In this document: positions 9,666 through 19,375 of the stretch, in pieces | How positions within the stretch are numbered: the first letter of the stretch is position 1 | Layout of the letters: each line of letters begins with the position of its first letter | NCBI GenBank assembly: GCA_965369655.1 | Contig: CBDUQR010000001.1 | Span: 128,001-192,000, forward strand | Direction of reading: 5' to 3' | Origin: an uncultured bacterium | Lineage (GTDB): Bacteria > Zixibacteria > MSB-5A5 > JAABVY01 > JAHJOQ01 | Length of the DNA stretch: 64,000 nucleotides | Position numbers and translations under genes: made by a program | The notes under the pieces: generated by a model | The model's input: the letters and a program-made list of their open reading frames with translations, nothing else | The model's database searches: none | Told to the model about the DNA's origin: nothing

Positions 9666-11019
9666 ACCTTGTGACATTTTCGTGGTCGATGACGACCGCT
9701 ATCTCAGGGATGAGCTGACCATACTCTTGAGACAGGCGGACTACCACGTTTCATCTCACGAAACGATCTCGTCGTGCAAAAGTGAACTTGCGCGGCGCGT
9801 ACCCCTGTTGATCCTGCTCGATATCCAGTTGCCGGATGGCAACGGCGTCGACTTCCTCAAAGAACTCATGAACAGGGACAATCCCCCTGAGGTCGTGATG
9901 GTCTCCGGTGCGGCATCTCTTCAGGAAGCCGCAGATTCAGTTAAACTTGGCGCCGCCGATTTTCTGGAGAAACCATTCGCGCCGCAGCGACTGCTCTCAA
10001 TCGTCAGGAATTGTATCGAGATTGCCCGACTGAAACAGGCACATGCAAGACTCATCCGGGACAGGCTGGCGGAATTCGAGATCATCGGCGAGTCTGCCGC
10101 TACTGTCGAGACAATTGAACAGATCAGGCAGATCGCCGATACCAACGCTCGCGTTCTGATAACTGGAGAGAGCGGCACGGGAAAAGAACTCGTGGCCGGT
10201 CAGATACACCTTCGCAGCAAGCGCGCCCTGGGACCATTCGTGAAGATCAATTGCTCAGCGATGCCGCCGGATCTCGTCGAGAGTGAACTCTTCGGACATG
10301 AAAGAGGAGCATTCACCGGCGCGGTCGATAAGAGACAGGGCAAATTCGCAGCAGCCGACGGCGGGTCGCTGCTACTCGATGAAATCGGAGATATGCCAAT
10401 CGCGGCGCAGCCGAAACTCCTGAGAACTCTCGAAACAGGCGTGATCGAGCCGATTGGCAGCACAGATGCAATCTCGGTCGATGTTCGGTTGATCAGTTCG
10501 AGCAACCGGGACCTCGACGAGCTTTCAGGTCGTGGTGAGTTCAGATCTGATCTCCTGTACAGAATCAACACTGTACCGATTCATTTGTCTCCTCTTCGCG
10601 ACCGACGCGAAGACATTCCAATTCTCGCGGAGCACTTTCTGACACGGCTTGCATCGCAGAATATGGACACGCGGGCGGAATTTGATGACGGCGTGATGGA
10701 ACTACTGATCGCGCACGACTGGCCCGGAAATGTGAGAGAGCTGCGGAATCTAATCGAACGCGCATTCTACACGTCAACTGACCGCAGAATCACACCGGAG
10801 CATATTAGAATCTGCCTTGGCGAGAAGGGCGACATTACGAAACCCGACATTGAAGCGGGCAATCGCAACAGGCTGTCGGCGGCTGTTACACAATTTGAAA
10901 AAGGTTTTCTGAGGTCTGAACTTCGGGCGGTGGATGGCAATATCAACCAGTTAGCTGGAAAGCTGCGAATGGATCGGGGCAATCTCTACAGGAAGCTGAA
11001 GAAACTTGGACTGCTGTAA
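9655..11019 (+). CDS. Sigma-54-dependent response regulator (NtrC/NtrX family)
   Basis: Receiver (VVDDD, LLDIQLP), GESGTGKE, GAFTGA, LLDEIG, WPGNVREL, C-terminal HTH. Confidence 0.95.
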   Translation: MRDEPCDIFVVDDDRYLRDELTILLRQADYHVSSHETISSCKSELARRVPLLILLDIQLPDGNGVDFLKELMNRDNPPEVVMVSGAASLQEAADSVKLGAADFLEKPFAPQRLLSIVRNCIEIARLKQAHARLIRDRLAEFEIIGESAATVETIEQIRQIADTNARVLITGESGTGKELVAGQIHLRSKRALGPFVKINCSAMPPDLVESELFGHERGAFTGAVDKRQGKFAAADGGSLLLDEIGDMPIAAQPKLLRTLETGVIEPIGSTDAISVDVRLISSSNRDLDELSGRGEFRSDLLYRINTVPIHLSPLRDRREDIPILAEHFLTRLASQNMDTRAEFDDGVMELLIAHDWPGNVRELRNLIERAFYTSTDRRITPEHIRICLGEKGDITKPDIEAGNRNRLSAAVTQFEKGFLRSELRAVDGNINQLAGKLRMDRGNLYRKLKKLGLL

Positions 11020-11126
11020 ACTCTACATCGATGCTGAAAGAATCCGATGTCAATAGTACAACATGTTTTCAACCATGCAACAACCCAACGGATCACAACA
11101 GGCGAGAATGCAGTCACTTATGAATT

Positions 11127-11143
11127 CCGGCATGAATCTTGAT
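11127..11143 (+). promoter_or_regulatory. Possible sigma-54 (-24/-12) promoter
   Basis: CCGGCATGAATCTTGAT versus consensus YTGGCACG-N4-TTGCW; correct spacing but GA instead of GC at -12; directly downstream of a sigma-54 activator gene. Confidence 0.45.
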
Positions 11144-11190
11144 GCAACTTCCGGCAGAGATGACCATATTGCTGGAAGGAAGGTTACAGG

Positions 11191-12993
11191 ATGAATAAGA
11201 GTAGTATCAAATACGGACTGATAGTGGCAGCGTCAGTATCCGCGCTGATTATCATAGCGCTGCTTCTGTCCGGCAGCGCACGAGCAGCAGAGATCACACC
11301 CCCCGAGACGTTTCAACTCACTATCGAACTCAATGACGAGCAGGGCACGATCGTTGTCGAATATGGCGACATGAGGAAACGGTATCGATTCCGTGCCGAC
11401 GAGGTCAGTATTGCAGAGGGTGCAGTGACGATCACGCCCGATTTCGCGTTCACCGTCGACGGCATCCTGGCTGACGGCATACTCTATCCGATAGAGAACC
11501 TCCGAGTCGACGAAATATACCATGAGAAAGAGTTGATCAGTGTTGTCCTCAAGCATCGCAAGCAGACAGCAGCGGCAAAACGCCGACAGATCAAGCGCAA
11601 CCGAGTCGCGGTCACAGGAAGGCTCGTCGTGGATCACGATGATTTCGTCAGAGGAGATATTATCTGTTTCGGAGGAAATATCGAGGTTCGAGGAGAGGTG
11701 AATCGGAATGTAGTGGCAATCTTCGGTGATGTCTTCATCGTGGATGAGGGCATTGTGCGAGGTAATGTCGTGGCCATTGACGGCAAAGTCAACATGCGCG
11801 GCGAGGCGTCGGTCTACGGCGAGATCGCCGCTCACAGAGGACTCAGGAAGAGTGGCGGGGTCCGCGTCAGATTCGACTCCGAGGGATGGGGACCGAAAGA
11901 ATCTGATCTGATCGCATCATACAATCGCGTCGATGGGCTGCTGCTCGGCGGAAGAGGAGCGCTCGCCGATCCGGACTCGCTGCTGCCGACAATCCATGCG
12001 AGCTTAGGTTATGCTTTCGAGTCTGAACGGATGCATTACGAAGTCGGCGTTCACCAGAAACTGTTCGACAAATACTCGTTCACAGCCGGCGGGAGTTTCT
12101 TCAGGCAGACATCGACCGACGACGGCTGGCTTTCGCCTAGAAGAGAAAACTCGCTTCTGGCGATTCTTGCCGCCGAAGATTTCCGTGACTATTATGAGGA
12201 AGAGGGTGGAAAGGCATACCTGACATTCTGCCCCGGATACTACAATGAAATCGGCATCGGCTACAGGTTCACCGACCTGAAATGGATGGATCATCATCCG
12301 CTCTTATGGTCGCTCTTCGGGTGGGAGAAAGAATTCCGTTCCAATTTCTCATCGATCCCAGCTGACAAGAGGCGTGATGCCGGCGATCAATTCGACTCAA
12401 AGCTCGGCGAATTGAGCGCTTGGTACACACTCGACACACGCGATGACGATGAAGAACCATATTCTGGATGGTGGGCGCACGTGGAATACCTGACCGCTGG
12501 CGACAGACTCAAGGGTGACATAGCCTATGACAGACTCACCGCCGAGATCAGACGTTACCAGCCGATCACACACCGTCAGAACATCAATGTCAGGGCGAAA
12601 TACGGCATCGCCGGCAGAGATGTGCCGTTGTTCAGACAGTTCTATCTCGGTGGCATGAGGACAATCCGCGGACTCGATCATAAGAGTCTGATCAAAGTGC
12701 ATGAGCATGTTGTAGCAGGCGACACCGTAACCGTGATAGAGGGCGAACAGATGATCCTCGGGAATCTCGAATATGTCATCAACTTCCCGAAGGCATCTTT
12801 TGAGACCTCGCTGCTGTTCGACGTCGGGAAGGTCGTATCGAGAAAAGATAATATATTCTCCGACGGAGATTTCCATTCATCGGTCGGGATACGGCTCGGC
12901 TTCGAGGATGGCTTCAGCCTCGAGGTAGCCAAATCGCTTGATGACTCTGACGAACCGGTGAAACTGTGGGTACTCTTTCAACAATCATTCTGA
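11191..12993 (+). CDS. Omp85/BamA-TamA family outer-membrane protein with N-terminal bactofilin-like beta-helix repeats
   Basis: Signal peptide; repeats VRGDIICFGGNIEVRGEVNRNVVAIFGDV; barrel motif FYLGGMRTIRG; C-terminal Phe. Confidence 0.8.
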   Translation: MNKSSIKYGLIVAASVSALIIIALLLSGSARAAEITPPETFQLTIELNDEQGTIVVEYGDMRKRYRFRADEVSIAEGAVTITPDFAFTVDGILADGILYPIENLRVDEIYHEKELISVVLKHRKQTAAAKRRQIKRNRVAVTGRLVVDHDDFVRGDIICFGGNIEVRGEVNRNVVAIFGDVFIVDEGIVRGNVVAIDGKVNMRGEASVYGEIAAHRGLRKSGGVRVRFDSEGWGPKESDLIASYNRVDGLLLGGRGALADPDSLLPTIHASLGYAFESERMHYEVGVHQKLFDKYSFTAGGSFFRQTSTDDGWLSPRRENSLLAILAAEDFRDYYEEEGGKAYLTFCPGYYNEIGIGYRFTDLKWMDHHPLLWSLFGWEKEFRSNFSSIPADKRRDAGDQFDSKLGELSAWYTLDTRDDDEEPYSGWWAHVEYLTAGDRLKGDIAYDRLTAEIRRYQPITHRQNINVRAKYGIAGRDVPLFRQFYLGGMRTIRGLDHKSLIKVHEHVVAGDTVTVIEGEQMILGNLEYVINFPKASFETSLLFDVGKVVSRKDNIFSDGDFHSSVGIRLGFEDGFSLEVAKSLDDSDEPVKLWVLFQQSF

Positions 12994-13649
12994 GCAGGGT
13001 CAGCATAACAATCCTGACGCTGCAGATCGTGGTGATCTCAGTTGCTGCTGCGCAGACCACACCCAGAATCACTCCTCTTATCTATCGCGACAGCCTCGCG
13101 GTTGCGATCGACTGCGAGGAATTGTTTGATGACAGCAGGATCAGAGAGCTTCACGATGGTTATCCGCTCTCATTCGAACTGAAACTTTCACTCCGCAAGA
13201 GAGTGCCCCTGTGGACCGACTCAAAAATTGGAGCAGTTAAATCGCGTTTCAGAGTCACATTCAGGCGGTGGGATTCCCGGTACGATCTCGAGCTTGTCGA
13301 CTTTGGTCGTTCGCACTTCTCAGCGCACTTTGAAACGCCCGATGAAATCTTGCTTGAACTGGAAGAGCGGCTTTTTGCTACGATAGAACATGTCTCCCGG
13401 CTCGACAGCACAAGCCACTACTACATCGAAGTCGAAGTCAAATACCGCAACCTGACATTCGACGATGTAAAATCGACTGAGGACTGGCTGACGAACGGCG
13501 ACAACCGAGGCGATTTCGACACCAGCGAAACCATCGACTTCGGCGAGCATCTCGTGAAATTCCTGTGGGATATCGCCGGGCCGGGCGCAGATTCCCGGAA
13601 ATCGACCACGAGGGAGTTCAAACTGGGCGATCTTCGTATTTCCCGATAA
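12966..13649 (+). CDS. DUF4390-like exported protein
   Basis: Signal-like N-terminus; 'ELHDGYPLSFELKLSLRKRVPLWTD' resembles DUF4390, a family usually near NtrY/NtrX genes; start uncertain. Confidence 0.6.
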   Translation: MGTLSTIILSRVSITILTLQIVVISVAAAQTTPRITPLIYRDSLAVAIDCEELFDDSRIRELHDGYPLSFELKLSLRKRVPLWTDSKIGAVKSRFRVTFRRWDSRYDLELVDFGRSHFSAHFETPDEILLELEERLFATIEHVSRLDSTSHYYIEVEVKYRNLTFDDVKSTEDWLTNGDNRGDFDTSETIDFGEHLVKFLWDIAGPGADSRKSTTREFKLGDLRISR

Positions 13650-13821
13650 GCCGCATTCTCAGGACCCAAACCGCCTGTTCCGTGCGATTCCCCAGCCTAC
13701 TAATCACAATCACGACATAAGGTTGCAGCTATTGAGCTTAATTTTACGCTCATGGCTCCGATATATATATAGTTGAAGGGACTTGGGCATCTATAATCCT
13801 AAGAACTCTCGAGGAGTACGT

Positions 13822-15624
13822 ATGCCATACGAAAAACAACATCAAGACGACAGCGATTCGACATCGAAAGTCTACATCCCGAATCTGGGAGGCCAGAACA
13901 AGACCGTAGAGAATGCCACAAAGGCTGAGCAACCAGACCCTCTCGCTGATCTCGAATTGAGTCTTGACATCATAGCACGGAAAAATCCACGACTGACCAG
14001 CAGGACGGACAGATCAGAAGCCCGCAGCACAGACTTGAAGGCGCTCCTGGAAATATCCAACGCAGTCAACTCCACGCTCGTCTTAGATGAGATACTGCGG
14101 ATAGTCATGGGAAAAGCCATCGAGCTGCTGCAGGCGGAACGGGGCTTCCTGATGCTGCTCGATGATAATGGAAAGCTGGCAATCAGGACAGCTCACAATA
14201 TCCAGAAGGACAGGATGCCGGAGGATGATGTCAGGTTGTCTACCTCGATTTCCAACAAAGTTGTCCGGACAGGCAAGCCGGTCTTCTCATCCGATGCACA
14301 GGCTGACGAGCGTTTTGCCAAACAGGAGAGCATTCTCGAACTGCATCTGCGATCAATTATGTGCGTTCCGCTGAAAGTCAAGGACAGGATCATCGGGGTA
14401 GCATACCTCGATAACAGCTCCAACACAAAGATATTCCTGCAGAGCGATCTCTATCTCTTCGAGCTTTTCGCGGAGCAGGCAGCCACAGCGATAGAGAACG
14501 CTAAACTCTACGAGAGTCTTCTCGACCTGAAGCATTACAACGAAAACGTAGTAGATAAGACGCCGGTTGGAATCATCGCCACAGACAACGAGTTGAAGGT
14601 TACATCCCTGAATTCCGCGGCAGCGAAAATACTGAGCACATCGGGCGTCGAACCGGTCCGGTACGATCCGCAATCGGCGCCGGTGCCGTTCGTGTCACTC
14701 TGGCCCGGGAAAAGTGCGGAGCATTGGGACAAAATCGCCAGCGAAGTGCTCAGGACCGGCGATTCGTTCCAGGACAACAAGTACTATCTCCAGGTGGGCG
14801 AAGAGCAGAAAGTCCTCTCCATAAAGATCAGCCTCCTGGACGAGGGCACCAGAGAGAACAGCGGACTCATCGTCGTGATTGAGGATATCACCGACAAGGC
14901 CTTGCTGGAGAATTACGTGCTCATGTCGGAGAGACTGGTTGCGAAAGGTGAGATGGCAGCTGCTATCGGCCACGAACTCAACAACTATCTCACCATCATC
15001 TCGAACAACGCAGAGCTCATGAAGCTCAATGTGCGCCGGAACATACTCGATAAGCTTGAGAAGAACACGAGCGCGATCCTCGACAACATTGCCAAAATCA
15101 AGAGGTTCACAGACAGCCTGATGGATTACTCCAGGCTGGAAGCGGAGATTATCGATTATCAGGTCAGTGAACTCATCGAGGAGTTGCTATTCTCGATCAG
15201 ACCGCAGAAGGAAATCAGGCATGCATCGATCGAGGTCGATATTCCGACCGACCTGCCAATAGTAGAGATGGATGTGGGACAGATGCACCAGGTGCTTCTC
15301 AACCTCATCAACAATGCCGTAGAAGCCGTTCGAGATAAGAAGGATGTGAAGGCCGAAATCCTGATAACTGCATCGCACGATCGAACGACGGATGAGATTT
15401 CGATTGAAGTAGCCGACAACGGTCCCGGGATAAAGCCGAAAAATATCAAGAAGATTTTCGAACCAAGATTCACGACCAGGCAAGAAGGACACGGACTCGG
15501 TCTGTCGAACTGTAAGCGTATCATGGACAGCCATCACGGGAGCATAACCGCAATATCCGATGGCTGCGACGGCGCTACTTTCAGAATAACCATGCCCGTC
15601 AGACAGCCGGTCGACGCAAAATAG
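13822..15624 (+). CDS. Cytoplasmic GAF-PAS histidine kinase
   Basis: GAF (LRSIMCVPLK..IIGVAYLD), PAS, IGHELNNYL H-box, NLINNA, DNGPGI, GHGLGL; GAGGAG RBS before ATG 13822; no TM segment. Confidence 0.92.
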   Translation: MPYEKQHQDDSDSTSKVYIPNLGGQNKTVENATKAEQPDPLADLELSLDIIARKNPRLTSRTDRSEARSTDLKALLEISNAVNSTLVLDEILRIVMGKAIELLQAERGFLMLLDDNGKLAIRTAHNIQKDRMPEDDVRLSTSISNKVVRTGKPVFSSDAQADERFAKQESILELHLRSIMCVPLKVKDRIIGVAYLDNSSNTKIFLQSDLYLFELFAEQAATAIENAKLYESLLDLKHYNENVVDKTPVGIIATDNELKVTSLNSAAAKILSTSGVEPVRYDPQSAPVPFVSLWPGKSAEHWDKIASEVLRTGDSFQDNKYYLQVGEEQKVLSIKISLLDEGTRENSGLIVVIEDITDKALLENYVLMSERLVAKGEMAAAIGHELNNYLTIISNNAELMKLNVRRNILDKLEKNTSAILDNIAKIKRFTDSLMDYSRLEAEIIDYQVSELIEELLFSIRPQKEIRHASIEVDIPTDLPIVEMDVGQMHQVLLNLINNAVEAVRDKKDVKAEILITASHDRTTDEISIEVADNGPGIKPKNIKKIFEPRFTTRQEGHGLGLSNCKRIMDSHHGSITAISDGCDGATFRITMPVRQPVDAK

Positions 15625-15626
15625 AA

Positions 15627-18600
15627 ATGCAGCAGTCCAGGATCGATCTCCCAGAGAGATACGCGATTCTCGACTCCCTCGGAGAGGGCGGCGGCGGGAG
15701 TGTGTTCAGGGTGAAGGACAAGTTCACGGACCGGACTGTTGCTCTCAAGCTGTTCAGCCCGGCCGGGGATGTGCCGACCGACGAAGATGCGTTTCGGAAC
15801 GAGTTCCTTCTCACCGTATCGCTGAATCACCCGAATTTGATGGCTGCATATGATTACGGCTATGATGCCGGCAATCATCCCTTCTTTACTGCGGAACTGG
15901 TCGACGGATCGCGGATCGATTCCGAAGTCGCCTTGAGAGACAAGAACACATTCCTCGATCTCCTCGGACAGATATGCGCAGGGCTCAGGCACCTGCACAT
16001 CTTCGGGTACTCACACAACGACCTAAAGCCCGAGAACATCCTTATTGACCTGCATGAGAGAAAGCCGGTAGCAAAGATTCTCGACTTTGGACTCGCCCGG
16101 CGATACGATCCGACTCACGCAAAAAAGATGTCAGGCACTGTCGAATACATGGCGCCGGAAATCTTCAAGTCTGAAGCTCCGACATCAGGGAGCGACATCT
16201 ACACACTCGGAGTAATCCTCTATGAACTGGTCACAGGCCACAAGCCATACGAGAGCGATGATCCGCTCGAAGTCATCTCCGGGCACATCGAAGGGCGCCT
16301 TCCTCCAATCGAACCGCGAGTGGGATTCTTCGGCGAAGATTGCATTCGGATATTATCAGGCATGCTCGCCAAGACTCCATCGGAAAGGCCGGAGAACATC
16401 TCCAGAGTCTTCAATTCCTTTGCTCGCGCCCTTGGTGCTGAGACGAGTCGGGTCGGAGATGATCAACTCATCTGCGCGTTTGAGTCATCGATCAATTTGC
16501 TAATATCTCGCTCTGAATATCTCGATGATATTCTCTCCAATAGAGAGACAGAATTTCGCGTTTTATGTACCGATAGTGTCATAGCTGACTCGACCGCGAG
16601 ATTCCTGATGGCGCGGCTCCAGACCATGTTTGTCAACGTGCGCATCGACGGAAATGATCTCAGCATGACGTCGGTTCACGCGAAAGAAACCGTTGACATC
16701 GCAACAGTCGACTGTCGAGACAGCTTCGATACATGCGGCTCACGCATCGTGAACATCCATAACTACGGGAGAATCCCTGACGATCTTACAGGCGCAACGA
16801 TCCTCGAAGGCGACAGACTGATCCCGGCTGCGCTCGAAACGATACTCCGGACCGACAAGGAATCTGTCAGGCACAGGGATGCAGTAGTGGAATTGTGCGG
16901 TGGTGACTGCGCTCTTGCGAAGGCAACACTCGCGCAGTTGTGGCGCGACGGAGTTATCACCGACGACGATATCGGATTCAGAATTACATCCGACCCTGCA
17001 AATAATCTGCCACAGAGCATTAGCAGCATCGTCACTGAGGATCTGTCGTTCCTGAACAATGACGAGTTGACCGCATTGACAGGCCTGTCTCTGTTCACGC
17101 ATGATTTCTCGGAGCAACTGGCGACAGCGATCCTGACCGAACTGCACTGCGACGCGCCAAACATGCTCACGAATCTTGTGTCTTACAGAACACTGATCGA
17201 GCAGGGCGACAGGTACAGCTTCAGACATCCGGTAATGCAGAAAGTCCTGAATGCCAGACTTGAATCGGAAATCAGACGTTCGCTGCATCTCATCGCCGCC
17301 CGACAGATCGAAAGCGACAATGACCTCGAAGATACAGTACGTACCGGTCGTGTCGGCTATCATCTGCTGTGCGCAGGCGAATTGCAGAAGTCTATCGGAT
17401 ACGTTGTCGAATACCAGAAGATGCTTGCCGACAAAGGGGAATTCGTGGAGCCGGAGGCGCTGCTCGCGTCGTGTGAGCAAGCCGCAATGACTGATAGTTC
17501 GATCGACGACGGTTCAAGAAGCGAGCTCCTTATGGCGTTCGGCGATCTCCTGAAGAATCAGGGAAGATTCGATGAGGCCGCAGACAGGTATAGACAAATT
17601 ACAGAACTTCCCGGAGTGGAGCCTCGTCTCCTGGCCGAGACTTACAAGGATCTCGGTGATATTTACAAGTCGCAGGTTGATTTCACGTCCGGCCTCAGAG
17701 TCCTCGAAAAAGCGCTCAAGATTTACGGGGAACTGGACGACCGCCTCGAGGTTTCTCATACCCTGAACAACATGGGCAACATGTACTGGATCAACTCGCA
17801 GTATGATTTCGCCCTGGATAAATATCAGCAGGCTCTCGAGATTCAGGAAGAACTGGATGCTGTCAAAGACATCGCCTCGACATTGTCGAATATCGGCACA
17901 ACTTACTACATCAAAGGCGCCCACCATACGGCGATTGAGTACTACGAACGCTCTATTGAACTCAAAAAGATCATCAATGATGAACCGGAAATCGCCAGAA
18001 CATACAACAACATGGCGGCCGCCTATCTCCGCATACAGCAAGCTGGGCGCGCTCTCAACTACCTGAACCGATCAATGGCCATCAACAGAAGGATCGGCGC
18101 ACAGAAAGAGCTGATGTTCAACCTCGAGAACACGGTCGAGGTATGTATGGGACTCGGCGAGTTCAAGAGATCTGAAGAGCTTGCCGCAGAGGGGCTTGCT
18201 TCGGCGCGACGACTCGACGACTCGCCGCACGTCGGAATATTCAGCTATTGGCTCGGCCTGCTCTACGGAGAGCGCGGACTGCTCGGTCAATCACTGAGAT
18301 ACCTCGAGAAATCTGAGGAGATCGGCGACAGCATCTCAGACAAATCATTTTCCGCCAGAACGCAGTTAGCGCTCGCACACAATTACATCCAGATGAACTC
18401 TCTCGACAGGGTTGGATCATGCATCGCAAAAGCCCGGAAGGTCATCTCTCCTGTCGACCCAAGCCATGAACTTACGTATCTGAAAGTGATCAGTGCCCGC
18501 GAAGACTTCATCTCGGGCAAAGACACAGGCGCAATCCTCGCGAAGCTTGATATTGCTGAGAAGGAAGCCGAAAAGCACGACCATTATGTCGAGCTGTGTG

Positions 18601-19037
18601 AGGCATTGTTGGTGCGGCTCGACGTGACGCTCGCAGGAGGCAGGATACAGGCGGAAGATCTCGAGAAACTCGACAAGATGACCGAGGTGGATCAACACAC
18701 CATCTACCGCAGCCATCTCTACTTCTACCTTGCCGTATCAAGCATGCGTGACACGCTGTTCAATGAAGCTCTAAGCTATTTCGAGCAGGCTCAGGTCATG
18801 GCAACAGCGTTTGAACAGCGAGAACTCCTCGCGAGAATAAATCTCTACAGCGGCAAGGTCTGTATCAGGCAACTGGAATACGAAGATGCGTTCTTCAGAT
18901 TGAAGCAGGCCGGTGAGATTGTGAAGGGAATCGTTGCCGATATCGGCGATATTGGGCTCGTTAGATCCTATATGAGTAGTCCTGAAAAACTCGAACTGGT
19001 GGAGGCGGTCAGACACCTGGCTGTGAAGCTCGGTTGA
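15627..19037 (+). CDS. Hanks-type Ser/Thr protein kinase fused to a degenerate central domain and a long TPR array
   Basis: LGEGGGGSV, VALK, HNDLKPEN, DFGLA, GTVEYMAPE; repeats such as HTLNNMGNMY, STLSNIGTTY, RTYNNMAAAY. Confidence 0.92.
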   Translation: MQQSRIDLPERYAILDSLGEGGGGSVFRVKDKFTDRTVALKLFSPAGDVPTDEDAFRNEFLLTVSLNHPNLMAAYDYGYDAGNHPFFTAELVDGSRIDSEVALRDKNTFLDLLGQICAGLRHLHIFGYSHNDLKPENILIDLHERKPVAKILDFGLARRYDPTHAKKMSGTVEYMAPEIFKSEAPTSGSDIYTLGVILYELVTGHKPYESDDPLEVISGHIEGRLPPIEPRVGFFGEDCIRILSGMLAKTPSERPENISRVFNSFARALGAETSRVGDDQLICAFESSINLLISRSEYLDDILSNRETEFRVLCTDSVIADSTARFLMARLQTMFVNVRIDGNDLSMTSVHAKETVDIATVDCRDSFDTCGSRIVNIHNYGRIPDDLTGATILEGDRLIPAALETILRTDKESVRHRDAVVELCGGDCALAKATLAQLWRDGVITDDDIGFRITSDPANNLPQSISSIVTEDLSFLNNDELTALTGLSLFTHDFSEQLATAILTELHCDAPNMLTNLVSYRTLIEQGDRYSFRHPVMQKVLNARLESEIRRSLHLIAARQIESDNDLEDTVRTGRVGYHLLCAGELQKSIGYVVEYQKMLADKGEFVEPEALLASCEQAAMTDSSIDDGSRSELLMAFGDLLKNQGRFDEAADRYRQITELPGVEPRLLAETYKDLGDIYKSQVDFTSGLRVLEKALKIYGELDDRLEVSHTLNNMGNMYWINSQYDFALDKYQQALEIQEELDAVKDIASTLSNIGTTYYIKGAHHTAIEYYERSIELKKIINDEPEIARTYNNMAAAYLRIQQAGRALNYLNRSMAINRRIGAQKELMFNLENTVEVCMGLGEFKRSEELAAEGLASARRLDDSPHVGIFSYWLGLLYGERGLLGQSLRYLEKSEEIGDSISDKSFSARTQLALAHNYIQMNSLDRVGSCIAKARKVISPVDPSHELTYLKVISAREDFISGKDTGAILAKLDIAEKEAEKHDHYVELCEALLVRLDVTLAGGRIQAEDLEKLDKMTEVDQHTIYRSHLYFYLAVSSMRDTLFNEALSYFEQAQVMATAFEQRELLARINLYSGKVCIRQLEYEDAFFRLKQAGEIVKGIVADIGDIGLVRSYMSSPEKLELVEAVRHLAVKLG

Positions 19038-19050
19038 TGTATATAGGGAA

Positions 19051-19074
19051 AGAGGCCGCCAAAAGGCGGCCTCT
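19051..19074. terminator. Intrinsic terminator hairpin between convergent genes
   Basis: Perfect 10-bp stem AGAGGCCGCC-AAAA-GGCGGCCTCT. Confidence 0.85.
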
Positions 19075-19107
19075 AATTCCGGTCATCATCACCTTTGGGG
19101 CATAGGG

Positions 19108-19182
19108 TTATTGACCACCCAGACTGATTCCCGCAGGTGCGACTTTCTCTTCCAGTTCTTCAATCAAGAGATCATAGGTCAT
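19108..19182 (-). CDS. 24-aa small peptide MTYDLLIEELEEKVAPAGISLGGQ (not in ORF track)
   Basis: ATG..TAA ORF with AGGAGGTG Shine-Dalgarno at normal spacing, its own sigma-70-type promoter and a downstream terminator. Confidence 0.8.
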   Translation of the reverse strand: MTYDLLIEELEEKVAPAGISLGGQ

Positions 19183-19284
19183 AGTCACACCTCCTATGTT
19201 GACGTGGACGACCGATCCCCCGCTCTCGCGGGTTACCCGAGATTGTCATCTTCATCTCTGAAGATGAGTTAGCTAACTGGATAA

Positions 19285-19313
19285 ATATTAGCGATCTGAT
19301 CGACAGATGTCAA
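19285..19313 (-). promoter_or_regulatory. Sigma-70-type promoter of the small peptide gene
   Basis: TTGACA-N17-TAATAT on the minus strand. Confidence 0.7.
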
Positions 19314-19375
19314 GCTAATTCTGACAAAAAACCGCGTAATTGACAGAAACCCAAATAGTTGGATGGGCTTCAGGC

